64,000 nt of DNA from NCBI GenBank assembly GCA_964016885.1, contig OZ024741.1, positions 247,442,001 through 247,506,000 on the forward strand. The letters run 5' to 3'. The notes under the pieces were generated by a model. The model saw only the letters and a program-made list of their open reading frames with translations, searched no databases and was not told the DNA's origin. Of the stretch, positions 39,601 to 52,754 are shown piece after piece (position 1 is the stretch's first letter; every line of letters begins with the position of its first letter). Both the position numbers and the translations under genes were made by a program. This stretch comes from Eledone cirrhosa. Taxonomy: Eukaryota.

Positions 39601-42600
39601 TGATTTATTTTACAAATTATCTCCCTCTGATTTTTTTACAAATTATCTCCCCTTGGCTGGCTGGAAATTATCTCCCCTAGGAGGCTGGAACTTATCTCCC
39701 CTTGGACGGCTAGAAATTACCTCTCTTTGGACGGCTGGAAAATATGTCTCCTTGGACGGCTGGATATTATCTCCCCTTGGACGGCTGGAAATTATCTCCC
39801 CTTGGACGGCTGGAAATTATCTCCCCTTGGATGGCTAGATATTACCTCCCCTTGGACGGCTGGAAATTATCTCCCCTTGATTTTTTTTACAAATTATCTC
39901 CCCCTGATTTTTTTTTACAAATTATCTCCCCCGATTTTTTTTTACAAATTATCTCCCCCTGATTTTTTTTTACAAATTATCTCCCCCTGATTTTTGTTTA
40001 CAAATTATCTCCCCTTGGACGGCTGGAAATTATCTCCCCTTGGACGGCTAGAAATTACCTCTCCTTGGACGGCTGAAAATTATCCTCCCTTGGACGGCTG
40101 GAAATTATCTCCCCTTGATTTTTTTACAAATAATCTCCCCCTGATTTTTTTTTTACAAATTATCTCACCCTGATTTTTTTTACAAATTATCTACCCCTGA
40201 TTTTTTTTTACAAATTATCTCCCCCTGATTTTTTTTACAAATTATCTTCCACTGATTTTATTTACAAATTATCTCCACCTGATTTTTTAAAAAATTATCT
40301 CCCCTTGGAAGGCTGGAAATTATCTCCCCTTGGCTGGAAATTATCTCCCCTTGAACGGCTAGAAATTATCTCTCTTTGGACGGCTGGAAATTATCACCCC
40401 TTGAGTTTTTTACAAATTATCTCCCCCTGATTTTTTTTACAAATCTCCCAGTGATTTTTAAAAAAAAATTATCTCCCCTTCGCTGGCTGGAAATTATCTC
40501 CCCTTGGACGCTGGAAATTATAGCCCCTTGGAGGGCTTGAAATTATCTTCCCTTGGACGGCTGGAAATTATCTCCCCTTGATTTTTTTTTACAAATTATC
40601 TCCCCCTGATTTTTTTTTACAAATTATCTCCCCCTGATTTTTTTTTACAACTTATCTGCGCCTGATTTTTTTAAAAAAATTATCTCCCCTTGGACGGCTG
40701 GAAATTATCTCCCCTTGGACGGCTGGAAATTATCTCTCCTTGGACGGCTAGAATTTACCTCTCCTTGGACGGCTGAAAATTATCTCCCCTTGGACGGCTG
40801 GAAATTATCTCCCCTTGATTTTTTTTACAAATTATCTCCCCCTGATTTTTTTTTACGAATTATCTCCCCCTGATTTTTTTTTACAAATTATCTCCCCCTG
40901 ATTTTTTTTTACAAATTATCTCCCCCTGATTTTTTTTACAAATTATCTCCCTCTGATTTTTTTACAAATTATCTCCCCTTGGCTGGCTGGAAATTATCTC
41001 CCCTAGGAGGCTGGAACTTATCTCCCCTTGGACGGCTAGAAATTACCTCTCTTTGGACGGCTGGAAAATATGTCTCCTTGGACGGCTGGATATTATCTCC
41101 CCTTGGACGGCTGGAAATTATCTCCCCTTGGACGGCTGGAAATTATCTCCCCTTGGATGGCTAGATATTACCTCCCCTTGGACGGCTGGAAATTATCTCC
41201 CCTTGATTTTTTTTTACAAATTATCTCCCCCTGATTTTTTTTTACAAATTATCTCCCTCGATTTTTTTTTACAAATTATCTCTCCCTGATTTTTTTTTAC
41301 AAATTATCTCCCCCTGATTTTTGTTTACAAATTATCTCCCCTTGGACGGCTGGAAATTATCTCCCCTTGGACGGCTAGAAATTACCTCTCCTTGGACGGC
41401 TGAAAATTATCCTCCCTTGGACGGCTGGAAATTATCTCCCCTTGATTTTTTTACAAATTATCTCCCCCTGATTTTTTTTTTACAAATTATCTCACCCTGA
41501 TTTTTTTTACAAATTATCTACCCCTGATTTTTTTTTACAAATTATCTCCCCCTGATTTTTTTTACAAATTATCTCCCACTGATTTTTTTTTTACAAATTA
41601 TCTCCCCCTGATTTTTTTACAAATTATCTCCCCCTGATTTTTTTTACAAATTATATCCGCCTGATTTTTTTAAATATTATCTCTCCTTGGCTGGCGGGAA
41701 ATTATCTCCCCTTGGACGGCTGGAAATTATCTCCCCTTGGAAGGATGGAAATTATCTCCCCTTGGACGGCTGGAAATTATCTACCCCTGATTTTTTTTAC
41801 AAATTATCTCCCCCTGATTTTTTTTACAAATTATCTCCCCCTGATTTTTTTTTTACAAATTATCTCCCCCTGATTTTTTTACAAATTATCTCCCCCTGAT
41901 TTTTTTTACAAATTATCTCCGCCTGATTTTTTAAAATATTATCTTACCTTGGCTGGCGGGAAATTATCTCCCCTTGGACGGCTGAAAATTATCTCCCCTT
42001 GGACGGCTGGAAATTATCTCCCCTTGATTTTTTTTACAAATTATCTCCCCCTGATTTTTTTTTACAAATTATCTCCCCCTGATTTAAAAAAAAAAATTAT
42101 CTCCCCTTCGCTGGCTGGAAATTATCTCCCCTTGGACGCTGGAAATTATAGCCCCTTGGAGGGCTGGAAATTATCTTCCCTTGGACGGCTGGAAATTATC
42201 TCCCCTTGATTTTTTTTTACAAATTATCTCCCCCTGATTTTTTTTTACAAATTATCTCCCCCTGATTTTTTTTTACAAATTATCTCCCCCTGATTTTTTT
42301 TTTACAAATTATCTCCGCCTGATTTTTTTTTTAAAATTATCTCCCCTTGGACGGCTGCAAATTATCTCCCCTTGATTTTTTTTACAAATTATCTCCCCCT
42401 GATTTTTTTTACAAATTATCTCCCCCTGATTTTTTTTACAAATTATCTACCCCTGATTTTTTTTACAAATTATCTCCCCCTGATTTTTTTTTACAAATTA
42501 TCTCCCCCTGATTTTTTTTTACAAATTATCTCCCCCTGATTTTTTTACAAATTATCTCCCCCTGATTTTTTTTACAATCTCCGCCTGATTTTTTTAAAAA

Positions 42601-45600
42601 TTATCTTCCCTTGGCTGGCGGGAAATTATCTCCCCTTGGACGGCTGGAAATTATCTCCCCTTGGAAGGATGGAAATTATCTCCCCTTGGACGGCTGGAAA
42701 TTATCTCCCCTTGCACGGCTGGAAATTATCTCCCCTTGGCTGGAAATTATCTCCCCTTGGACGGCTAGAAATTATCTCTCTTTGGACGGCTGGAAATTAT
42801 CTCCCTTTGATTTTTTTTACAAATTATCTCCCTCTGATTTTTTTTACAAATCTCCCCCTGATTTTTTAAAAAAAATTATCTCCCCTTCGCTGGCTGGAAA
42901 TTATCTCCCCTTGGACACTGGAAATTATAGCCCCTTGGAGGGCTGGAAATTATCTTCTCTTGGACGGCTGGAAATTATCTCCCCTTGATTTTTTTTACAA
43001 ATTATCTCCCCCTGATTTTTTTTTACAAATTATCTCCCCCGATTTTTTTTTACAAATTATCTCCCCCTGATTTTTTTTTACAAATTATCTCCCCCTGATT
43101 TTTGTTTACAAATTATCTCCCCTTGGACGGCTGGAAATTATCTCCCCTTGGACGGCTAGAAATTACCTCTCCTTGGACGGCTGAAAATTATCCTCCCTTG
43201 GACGGCTGGAAATTATCTCCCCTTGATTTTTTTACAAATTATCTCCCCCTGATTTTTTTTTTACAAATTATCTCACCCTGATTTTTTTTACAAATTATCT
43301 ACCCCTGATTTTTTTTTACAAATTATCTCCCCCTGATTTTTTTTACAAATTATCTCCCACTGATTTTTTTTTTACAAATTATCTCCCCCTGATTTTTTTA
43401 CAAATTATCTCCCCCTGATTTTTTTTACAAATTATATCCGCCTGATTTTTTTAAATATTATCTCTCCTTGGCTGGCGGGAAATTATCTCCCCTTGGACGG
43501 CTGGAAATTATCTCCCCTTGGAAGGATGGAAATTATCTCCCCTTGGACGGCTGGAAATTATCTACCCCTGATTTTTTTTACAAATTATCTCCCCCTGATT
43601 TTTTTTACAAATTATCTCCCCCTGATTTTTTTTTTACAAATTATCTCCCCCTGATTTTTTTACAAATTATCTCCCCCTGATTTTTTTTACAAATTATCTC
43701 CGCCTGATTTTTTAAAATATTATCTTACCTTGGCTGGCGGGAAATTATCTCCCCTTGGACGGCTGAAAATTATCTCCCCTTGGACGGCTGGAAATTATCT
43801 CCCCTTGATTTTTTTTACAAATTATCTCCCCCTGATTTTTTTTTACAAATTATCTCCCCCTGATTTAAAAAAAAAAATTATCTCCCCTTCGCTGGCTGGA
43901 AATTATCTCCCCTTGGACGCTGGAAATTATAGCCCCTTGGAGGGCTGGAAATTATCTTCCCTTGGACGGCTGGAAATTATCTCCCCTTGATTTTTTTTTA
44001 CAAATTATCTCCCCCTGATTTTTTTTTACAAATTATCTCCCCCTGATTTTTTTTTACAAATTATCTCCCCCTGATTTTTTTTTTACAAATTATCTCCGCC
44101 TGATTTTTTTTTTAAAATTATCTCCCCTTGGACGGCTGGAAATTATCTCCCCTTGGACGGCTGGAAATTATCTCCCCTTGGACGGCTAGAAATTATCTCT
44201 CCTTGGACGGCTGAAAATTATCTCCCCTTGGACGGCTGCAAATTATCTCCCCTTGATTTTTTTTACAAATTATCTCCCCCTGATTTTTTTTACAAATTAT
44301 CTCCCCCTGATTTTTTTTACAAATTATCTACCCCTGATTTTTTTTACAAATTATCTCCCCCTGATTTTTTTTTACAAATTATCTCCCTCTGATTTTTTTT
44401 TACAAATTATCTCCCCCTGATTTTTTTTTACAAATTATCTCCCCCTGATTTTTTTACAAATTATCTCCCCCTGATTTTTTTTACAATCTCCGCCTGATTT
44501 TTTTAAAAATTATCTTCCCTTGGCTGGCGGGAAATTATCTCCCCTTGGACGGCTGGAAATTATCTCCCCTTGGAAGGATGGAAATTATCTCCCCTTGGAC
44601 GGCTGGAAATTATCTCCCCTTGCACGGCTGGAAATTATCTCCCCTTGGCTGGAAATTATCTCCCCTTGGACGGCTAGAAATTATCTCTCTTTGGACGGCT
44701 GGAAATTATCTCCCTTTGATTTTTTTTACAAATTATCTCCCTCTGATTTTTTTTACAAATCTCCCCCTGATTTTTTAAAAAAAATTATCTCCCCTTCGCT
44801 GGCTGGAAATTATCTCCCCTTGGACACTGGAAATTATAGCCCCTTGGAGGGCTGGAAATTATCTTCTCTTGGACGGCTGGAAATTATCTCCCCTTGATTT
44901 TTTTTACAAATTATCTCCCCCTGATTTTTTTTTACAAATTATCTCCCCCGATTTTTTTTTACAAATTATCTCCCCCTGATTTTTTTTTACAAATTATCTC
45001 CCCCTGATTTTTGTTTACAAATTATCTCCCCTTGGACGGCTGGAAATTATCTCCCCTTGGACGGCTAGAAATTACCTCTCCTTGGACGGCTGAAAATTAT
45101 CCTCCCTTGGACGGCTGGAAATTATCTCCCCTTGATTTTTTTACAAATTATCTCCCCCTGATTTTTTTTTTACAAATTATCTCACCCTGATTTTTTTTAC
45201 AAATTATCTACCCCTGATTTTTTTTTACAAATTATCTCCCCCTGATTTTTTTTACAAATTATCTCCCACTGATTTTTTTTTTACAAATTATCTCCCCCTG
45301 ATTTTTTTACAAATTATCTCCCCCTGATTTTTTTTACAAATTATATCCGCCTGATTTTTTTAAATATTATCTCTCCTTGGCTGGCGGGAAATTATCTCCC
45401 CTTGGACGGCTGGAAATTATCTCCCCTTGGAAGGATGGAAATTATCTCCCCTTGGACGGCTGGAAATTATCTACCCCTGATTTTTTTTACAAATTATCTC
45501 CCCCTGATTTTTTTTACAAATTATCTCCCCCTGATTTTTTTTTTACAAATTATCTCCCCCTGATTTTTTTACAAATTATCTCCCCCTGATTTTTTTTACA

Positions 45601-46829
45601 AATTATCTCCGCCTGATTTTTTAAAATATTATCTTACCTTGGCTGGCGGGAAATTATCTCCCCTTGGACGGCTGAAAATTATCTCCCCTTGGACGGCTGG
45701 AAATTATCTCCCCTTGATTTTTTTTACAAATTATCTCCCCCTGATTTTTTTTTACAAATTATCTCCCCCTGATTTTTTTTACAAATTATCTCCCCCCTGA
45801 TTTTTTTACAAATTATCTCCCCTTGGCTGGCTGGAAATTATCTCCCCTTGGAGGCTGGAACTTATCTCCCCTTGGACGGCTAGAAATTACCTCTCCTTGG
45901 ACGGCTGGAAAATATGTCTCCTTGGACGGCTGGATATTATCTCCCCTTGGACGGCTGGAAATTATCTCCCCTTGGACGGCTGGAAATTATCTCCCCTTGG
46001 ATGGCTAGATATTACCTCCCCTTGGACGGCTGGAAATTATCTCCCTTTGATTTTTTTTACAAATTATCTCCCCCTGATTTTTTTTTACAAATTATCTCCC
46101 CCTGATTTTTTTTTACAAATTATCTCCCCCTGATTTTTGTTTACAAATTATCTCCGCCTGATTTTTTTTTAAAAATTATCTCCCCTTGGACGGCTGGAAA
46201 TTATCTCCCCTTGGACGGCTAGAAATTACCTCTCCTTGGACGGCTGAAAATTATCTCCCCTTGGACGGCTGGAAATTATCTCCCCTTGATTTTTTTACAA
46301 ATTATCTCCCCCTGATTTTTTTTTTACAAATTATCTCCCCCTGATTTTTTTTTACAAATTATCTACCCCTGATTTTTTTTTACAAATTATCTCCCCCTGA
46401 TTTTTTTTACAAATTATCTCCCCCTGATTTTTTTTTACAAATTATCTCCCCCTGATTTTTTTACAAATTATCTCCCCCTGATTTTTTTTACAAATTATCT
46501 CCGCCTGATTTTTTTAAATATTATCTCTCCTTGGCTGGCGGGAAATTATCTCCCCTTGGACGGCTGGAAATTATCTCCCCTTGGAAGGATGGAAATTATC
46601 TCCCCTTGGACGGCTAGAAATTATCTCTCTTTGGACGGCTGGAAATTATCACCCCTTGAGTTTTTTACAAATTATCTCCCCCTGATTTTTTTTACAAATC
46701 TCCCAGTGATTTTTAAAAAAAAATTATCTCCCCTTCGCTGGCTGGAAATTATCTCCCCTTGGACGCTGGAAATTATAGCCCCTTGGAGGGCTTGAAATTA
46801 TCTTCCCTTGGACGGCTGGAAATTATCTC
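30603..46829 (+). repeat. Recent near-tandem duplication with period 8481/8453 bp (about 30603-38376 vs about 39084-46829)
   Basis: Private variants are shared at exactly +8481: CCATTTCGCT 30831/39312, AAATAATCTCC at about 31647/40128, TGAACGGCT 31871/40352. The offset drops to 8453 after loss of one 28-bp B monomer near 42500. Confidence 0.92.
32850..37300 (+). repeat. Nested 1.8-1.9-kb tandem repeat (about 2.3 copies), also present at about 41330-45750 and at the window start
   Basis: Landmarks at 33206->35015->36924 (+1809, +1909), 33468->35277, 34158->36067, and 249->2056 (+1807). Boundaries are approximate. Confidence 0.8.
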
Positions 46830-49800
46830 TCCTTGGACGGCTAGAATTTACCTCTCCTTGGACGGCTGAAAATTATCTCCCCTTGGACGGCTGGAAATTA
46901 TCTCCCCTTGATTTTTTTTACAAATTATCTCCCCCTGATTTTTTTTTACGAATTATCTCCCCCTGATTTTTTTTTACAAATTATCTCCCCCTGATTTTTT
47001 TTTACAAATTATCTCCCCCTGATTTTTTTACAAATTATCTCCCCTTGGCTGGCTGGAAATTATCTCCCCTAGGAGGCTGGAACTTATCTCCCCTTGGACG
47101 GCTAGAAATTACCTCTCTTTGGACGGCTGGAAAATATGTCTCCTTGGACGGCTGGATATTATCTCCCCTTGGACGGCTGGAAATTATCTCCCCTTGGACG
47201 GCTGGAAATTATCTCCCCTTGGATGGCTAGATATTACCTCCCCTTGGACGGCTGGAAATTATCTCCCCTTGATTTTTTTTACAAATTATCTCCCCCTGAT
47301 TTTTTTTTACAAATTATCTCCCCCGATTTTTTTTTACAAATTATCTCCCCCTGATTTTTTTTTACAAATTATCTCCCCCTGATTTTTGTTTACAAATTAT
47401 CTCCCCTTGGACGGCTGGAAATTATCTCCCCTTGGACGGCTAGAAATTACCTCTCCTTGGACGGCTGAAAATTATCCTCCCTTGGACGGCTGGAAATTAT
47501 CTCCCCTTGATTTTTTTACAAATTATCTCCCCCTGATTTTTTTTTTACAAATTATCTCACCCTGATTTTTTTTACAAATTATCTACCCCTGATTTTTTTT
47601 TACAAATTATCTCCCCCTGATTTTTTTTACAAATTATCTCCCACTGATTTTTTTTTTACAAATTATCTCCCCCTGATTTTTTTACAAATTATCTCCCCCT
47701 GATTTTTTTTACAAATTATATCCGCCTGATTTTTTTAAATATTATCTCTCCTTGGCTGGCGGGAAATTATCTCCCCTTGGACGGCTGGAAATTATCTCCC
47801 CTTGGAAGGATGGAAATTATCTCCCCTTGGACGGCTGGAAGTTATCTACCCCTGATTTTTTTTACAAATTATCTCCCCCTGATTTTTTTTACAAATTATC
47901 TCCCCCTGATTTTTTTTTTACAAATTATCTCCCTCTGATTTTTTTACAAATTATCTCCCCCTGATATTTTTTACAAATTATCTCCGCCTGATTTTTTAAA
48001 ATATTATCTTACCTTGGCTGGCGGGAAATTATCTCCCCTTGGACGGCTGAAAATTATCTCCCCTTGGACGGCTGGAAATTATCTCCCCTTGATTTTTTTT
48101 ACAAATTATCTCCCCCTGATTTTTTTTTACAAATTATCTCCCCCTGATTTTTTTTACAAATTATCTCCCCCCTGATTTTTTTACAAATTATCTCCCCTTG
48201 GCTGGCTGGAAATTATCTCCCCTTGGAGGCTGGAACTTATCTCCCCTTGGACGGCTAGAAATTACCTCTCCTTGGACGGCTGGAAAATATGTCTCCTTGG
48301 ACGGCTGGATATTATCTCCCCTTGGACGGCTGGAAATTATCTCCCCTTGGACGGCTGGAAATTATCTCCCCTTGGATGGCTAGATATTACCTCCCCTTGG
48401 ACGGCTGGAAATTATCTCCCTTTGATTTTTTTTACAAATTATCTCCCCCTGATTTTTTTTTACAAATTATCTCCGCCTGATTTTTTTTTACAAATTATCT
48501 CCCCCTGATTTTTGTTTACAAATTATCTCCGCCTGATTTTTTTTTAAAAATTATCTCCCCTTGGACGGCTGGAAATTATCTCCCCTTGGACGGCTAGAAA
48601 TTACCTCTCCTTGGACGGCTGAAAATTATCTCCCCTTGGACGGCTGGAAATTATCTCCCCTTGATTTTTTTACAAATTATCTCCCCCTGATTTTTTTTTT
48701 ACAAATTATCTCCCCCTGATTTTTTTTTACAAATTATCTACCCCTGATTTTTTTTTACAAATTATCTCCCCCTGATTTTTTTACAAATTATCTCCCCCTG
48801 ATTTTTTTTTTACAAATTATCTCCCCCTGATTTTTTTACAAATTATCTCCCCCTGATTTTTTTTACAAATTATCTCCGCCTGATTTTTTTAAATATTATC
48901 TCTCCTTGGCTGGCGGGAAATTATCTCCCCTTGGACGGCTGGAAATTATCTCCCCTTGGAAGGATGGAAATTATCTCCCCTTGGACGGCTAGAAATTATC
49001 TCTCTTTGGACGGCTGGAAATTATCACCCCTTGAGTTTTTTACAAATTATCTCCCCCTGATTTTTTTTACAAATCTCCCAGTGATTTTTAAAAAAAAATT
49101 ATCTCCCCTTCGCTGGCTGGAAATTATCTCCCCTTGGACGCTGGAAATTATAGCCCCTTGGAGGGCTTGAAATTATCTTCCCTTGGACGGCTGGAAATTA
49201 TCTCCCCTTGATTTTTTTTTACAAATTATCTCCCCATGATTTTTTTTTACAAATTATCTCCCCCTGATTTTTTTTTACAACTTATCTGCGCCAGATTTTT
49301 TTAAAAAAATTATCTCCCCTTGGACGGCTGGAAATTATCTCCCCTTGGACGGCTGGAAATTATCTCTCCTTGGACGGCTAGAATTTACCTCTCCTTGGAC
49401 GGCTGAAAATTATCTCCCCTTGGACGGCTGGAAATTATCTCCCCTTGATTTTTTTTACAAATTATCTCCCCCTGATTTTTTTTTACGAATTATCTCCCCC
49501 TGATTTTTTTTTACAAATTATCTCCCCCTGATTTTTTTTTACAAATTATCTCCCCCTGATTTTTTTTACAAATTATCTCCCTCTGATTTTTTTACAAATT
49601 ATCTCCCCTTGGCTGGCTGGAAATTATCTCCCCTAGGAGGCTGGAACTTATCTCCCCTTGGACGGCTAGAAATTACCTCTCTTTGGACGGCTGGAAAATA
49701 TGTCTCCTTGGACGGCTGGATATTATCTCCCCTTGGACGGCTGGAAATTATCTCCCCTTGGACGGCTGGAAATTATCTCCCCTTGGATGGCTAGATATTA

Positions 49801-51640
49801 CCTCCCCTTGGACGGCTGGAAATTATCTCCCCTTGATTTTTTTACAAATTATCTCCCCCTGATTTTTTTTTTACAAATTATCTCACCCTGATTTTTTTTA
49901 CAAATTATCTACCCCTGATTTTTTTTTACAAATTATCTCCCCCTGATTTTTTTTACAAATTATCTCCCACTGATTTTTTTTTTACAAATTATCTCCCCCT
50001 GATTTTTTTACAAATTATCTCCCCCTGATTTTTTTTACAAATTATATCCGCCTGATTTTTTTAAATATTATCTCTCCTTGGCTGGCGGGAAATTATCTCC
50101 CCTTGGACGGCTGGAAATTATCTCCCCTTGGAAGGATGGAAATTATCTCCCCTTGGACGGCTGGAAATTATCTACCCCTGATTTTTTTTACAAATTATCT
50201 CCCCCTGATTTTTTTTACAAATTATCTCCCCCTGATTTTTTTTTTACAAATTATCTCCCCCTGATTTTTTTACAAATTATCTCCCCCTGATTTTTTTTAC
50301 AAATTATCTCCGCCTGATTTTTTAAAATATTATCTTACCTTGGCTGGCGGGAAATTATCTCCCCTTGGACGGCTGAAAATTATCTCCCCTTGGACGGCTG
50401 GAAATTATCTCCCCTTGATTTTTTTTACAAATTATCTCCCCCTGATTTTTTTTTACAAATTATCTCCCCCTGATTTTTTTTACAAATTATCTCCCCCCTG
50501 ATTTTTTTACAAATTATCTCCCCTTGGCTGGCTGGAAATTATCTCCCCTTGGAGGCTGGAACTTATCTCCCCTTGGACGGCTAGAAATTACCTCTCCTTG
50601 GACGGCTGGAAAATATGTCTCCTTGGACGGCTGGATATTATCTCCCCTTGGACGGCTGGAAATTATCTCCCCTTGGACGGCTGGAAATTATCTCCCCTTG
50701 GATGGCTAGATATTACCTCCCCTTGGACGGCTGGATATTATCTCCCTTTGATTTTTTTTACAAATTATCTCCCCCTGATTTTTTTTTACAAATTATCTCC
50801 CCCTGATTTTTTTTTACAAATTATCTCCCCCTGATTTTTGTTTACAAATTATCTCCGCCTGATTTTTTTTTAAAAATTATCTCCCCTTGGACGGCTGGAA
50901 ATTATCTCCCCTTGGACGGCTAGAAATTACCTCTCCTTGGACGGCTGAAAATTATCTCCCCTTGGACGGCTGGAAATTATCTCCCCTTGATTTTTTTACA
51001 AATTATCTCCCCCTGATTTTTTTTTTACAAATTATCTCCCCCTGATTTTTTTTTACAAATTATCTACCCCTGATTTTTTTTTACAAATTATCTCCCCCTG
51101 ATTTTTTTTACAAATTATCTCCCCCTGATTTTTTTTTACAAATTATCTCCCCCTGATTTTTTTACAAATTATCTCCCCCTGATTTTTTTTACAAATTATC
51201 TCCGCCTGATTTTTTTAAATATTATCTCTCCTTGGCTGGCGGGAAATTATCTCCCCTTGGACGGCTGGAAATTATCTCCCCTTGGAAGGATGGAAATTAT
51301 CTCCCCTTGGACGGCTAGAAATTATCTCTCTTTGGACGGCTGGAAATTATCACCCCTTGAGTTTTTTACAAATTATCTCCCCCTGATTTTTTTTACAAAT
51401 CTCCCAGTGATTTTTAAAAAAAAATTATCTCCCCTTCGCTGGCTGGAAATTATCTCCCCTTGGACGCTGGAAATTATAGCCCCTTGGAGGGCTTGAAATT
51501 ATCTTCCCTTGGACGGCTGGAAATTATCTCCCCTTGATTTTTTTTTACAAATTATCTCCCCCTGATTTTTTTTTACAAATTATCTCCCCCTGATTTTTTT
51601 TTACAACTTATCTGCGCCAGATTTTTTTAAAAAAATTATC
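45032..51640 (+). repeat. About three tandem, internally deleted copies of the 2.56-kb HOR (periods of about 2375 and 2326 bp)
   Basis: Landmarks at 45377->47752->50078, 45823->48198->50524 and 46556->48931->51257. Confidence 0.85.
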
Positions 51641-52754
51641 TCCCCTTGGACGGCTGGAAATTATCTCCCCTTGGAAGGATGGAAATTATCTCCCCTTGGA
51701 CGGCTAGAAATTATCTCTCTTTGGACGGCTGGAAATTATCACCCCTTGAGCTTTTTACAAATTATCTCCCCCTGATTTTTTTTACAAATCTCCCTGTGAT
51801 TTTTAAAAAAAAATTATCTCCCCTTCGCTGGCTGGAAATTATCTCCCCTTGGACGCTGGAAATTATAGCCCCTTGGAGGGCTGGAAATTATCTTCCCTTG
51901 GACGGCTGGAAATTATCTCCCCTTGATTTTTTTTACAAATTATCTCCCCCTGATTTTTTTTTACAAATTATCTCCCCCTGATTTTTTTTACAACTTATCT
52001 GCGCCTGATTTTTTTTTAAAAATTATCTACCCTTGGACGGCTGGAAATTATCTCCCCTTGGACGGCTGGAAATTATCTCTCCTTGGACGGCTAGAATTTA
52101 CCTCTCCTTGGACGGCTGAAAATTATCTCCCCTTGGACGGCTGGAAATTATCTCCCCTTGATTTTTTTTACAAATTATCTCCCCCTGATTTTTTTTTACA
52201 AATTATCTCCCCCTGATTTTTTTTTACAAATTATCTCCCCCTGATTTTTTTTTACAAATTATCTACCCCTGATTTTTTTTTACAAATTATCTCCCCTTGG
52301 CTGGCTGGAAATTATCTCCCCTTGGAGGCTGGAACTTATCTCCCCTTGGACGGCTAGAAATTACCTCTCCTTGGACGGCTGGAAAATATGTCTCCTTGGA
52401 CGGCTGGATATTATCTCCCCTTGGACGGCTGGAAATTATCTCCCCTTGGACGGCTGAAAATTATCTCCCCTTGATTTTTTTTACAAATTATCTCCCCCTG
52501 ATTTTTTTTTACAAATTATCTCCCCCTGATTTTTGTTTACAAATTATCTCCCCCTGATTTTTTTTTACAAATTATCTCCCCCCTGATTTTTTTTAAAAAT
52601 TATCTCCCCTTGGACGGCTGGAAATTATCTCCCCTTGGACGGCTGGAAATTATCTCTCCTTGGACGGCTAGAATTTACCTCTCCTTGGACGGCTGAAAAT
52701 TATCTCCCCTTGGACGGCTGGAAATTATCTCCCCCTGATTTTTTTTTACAAATT

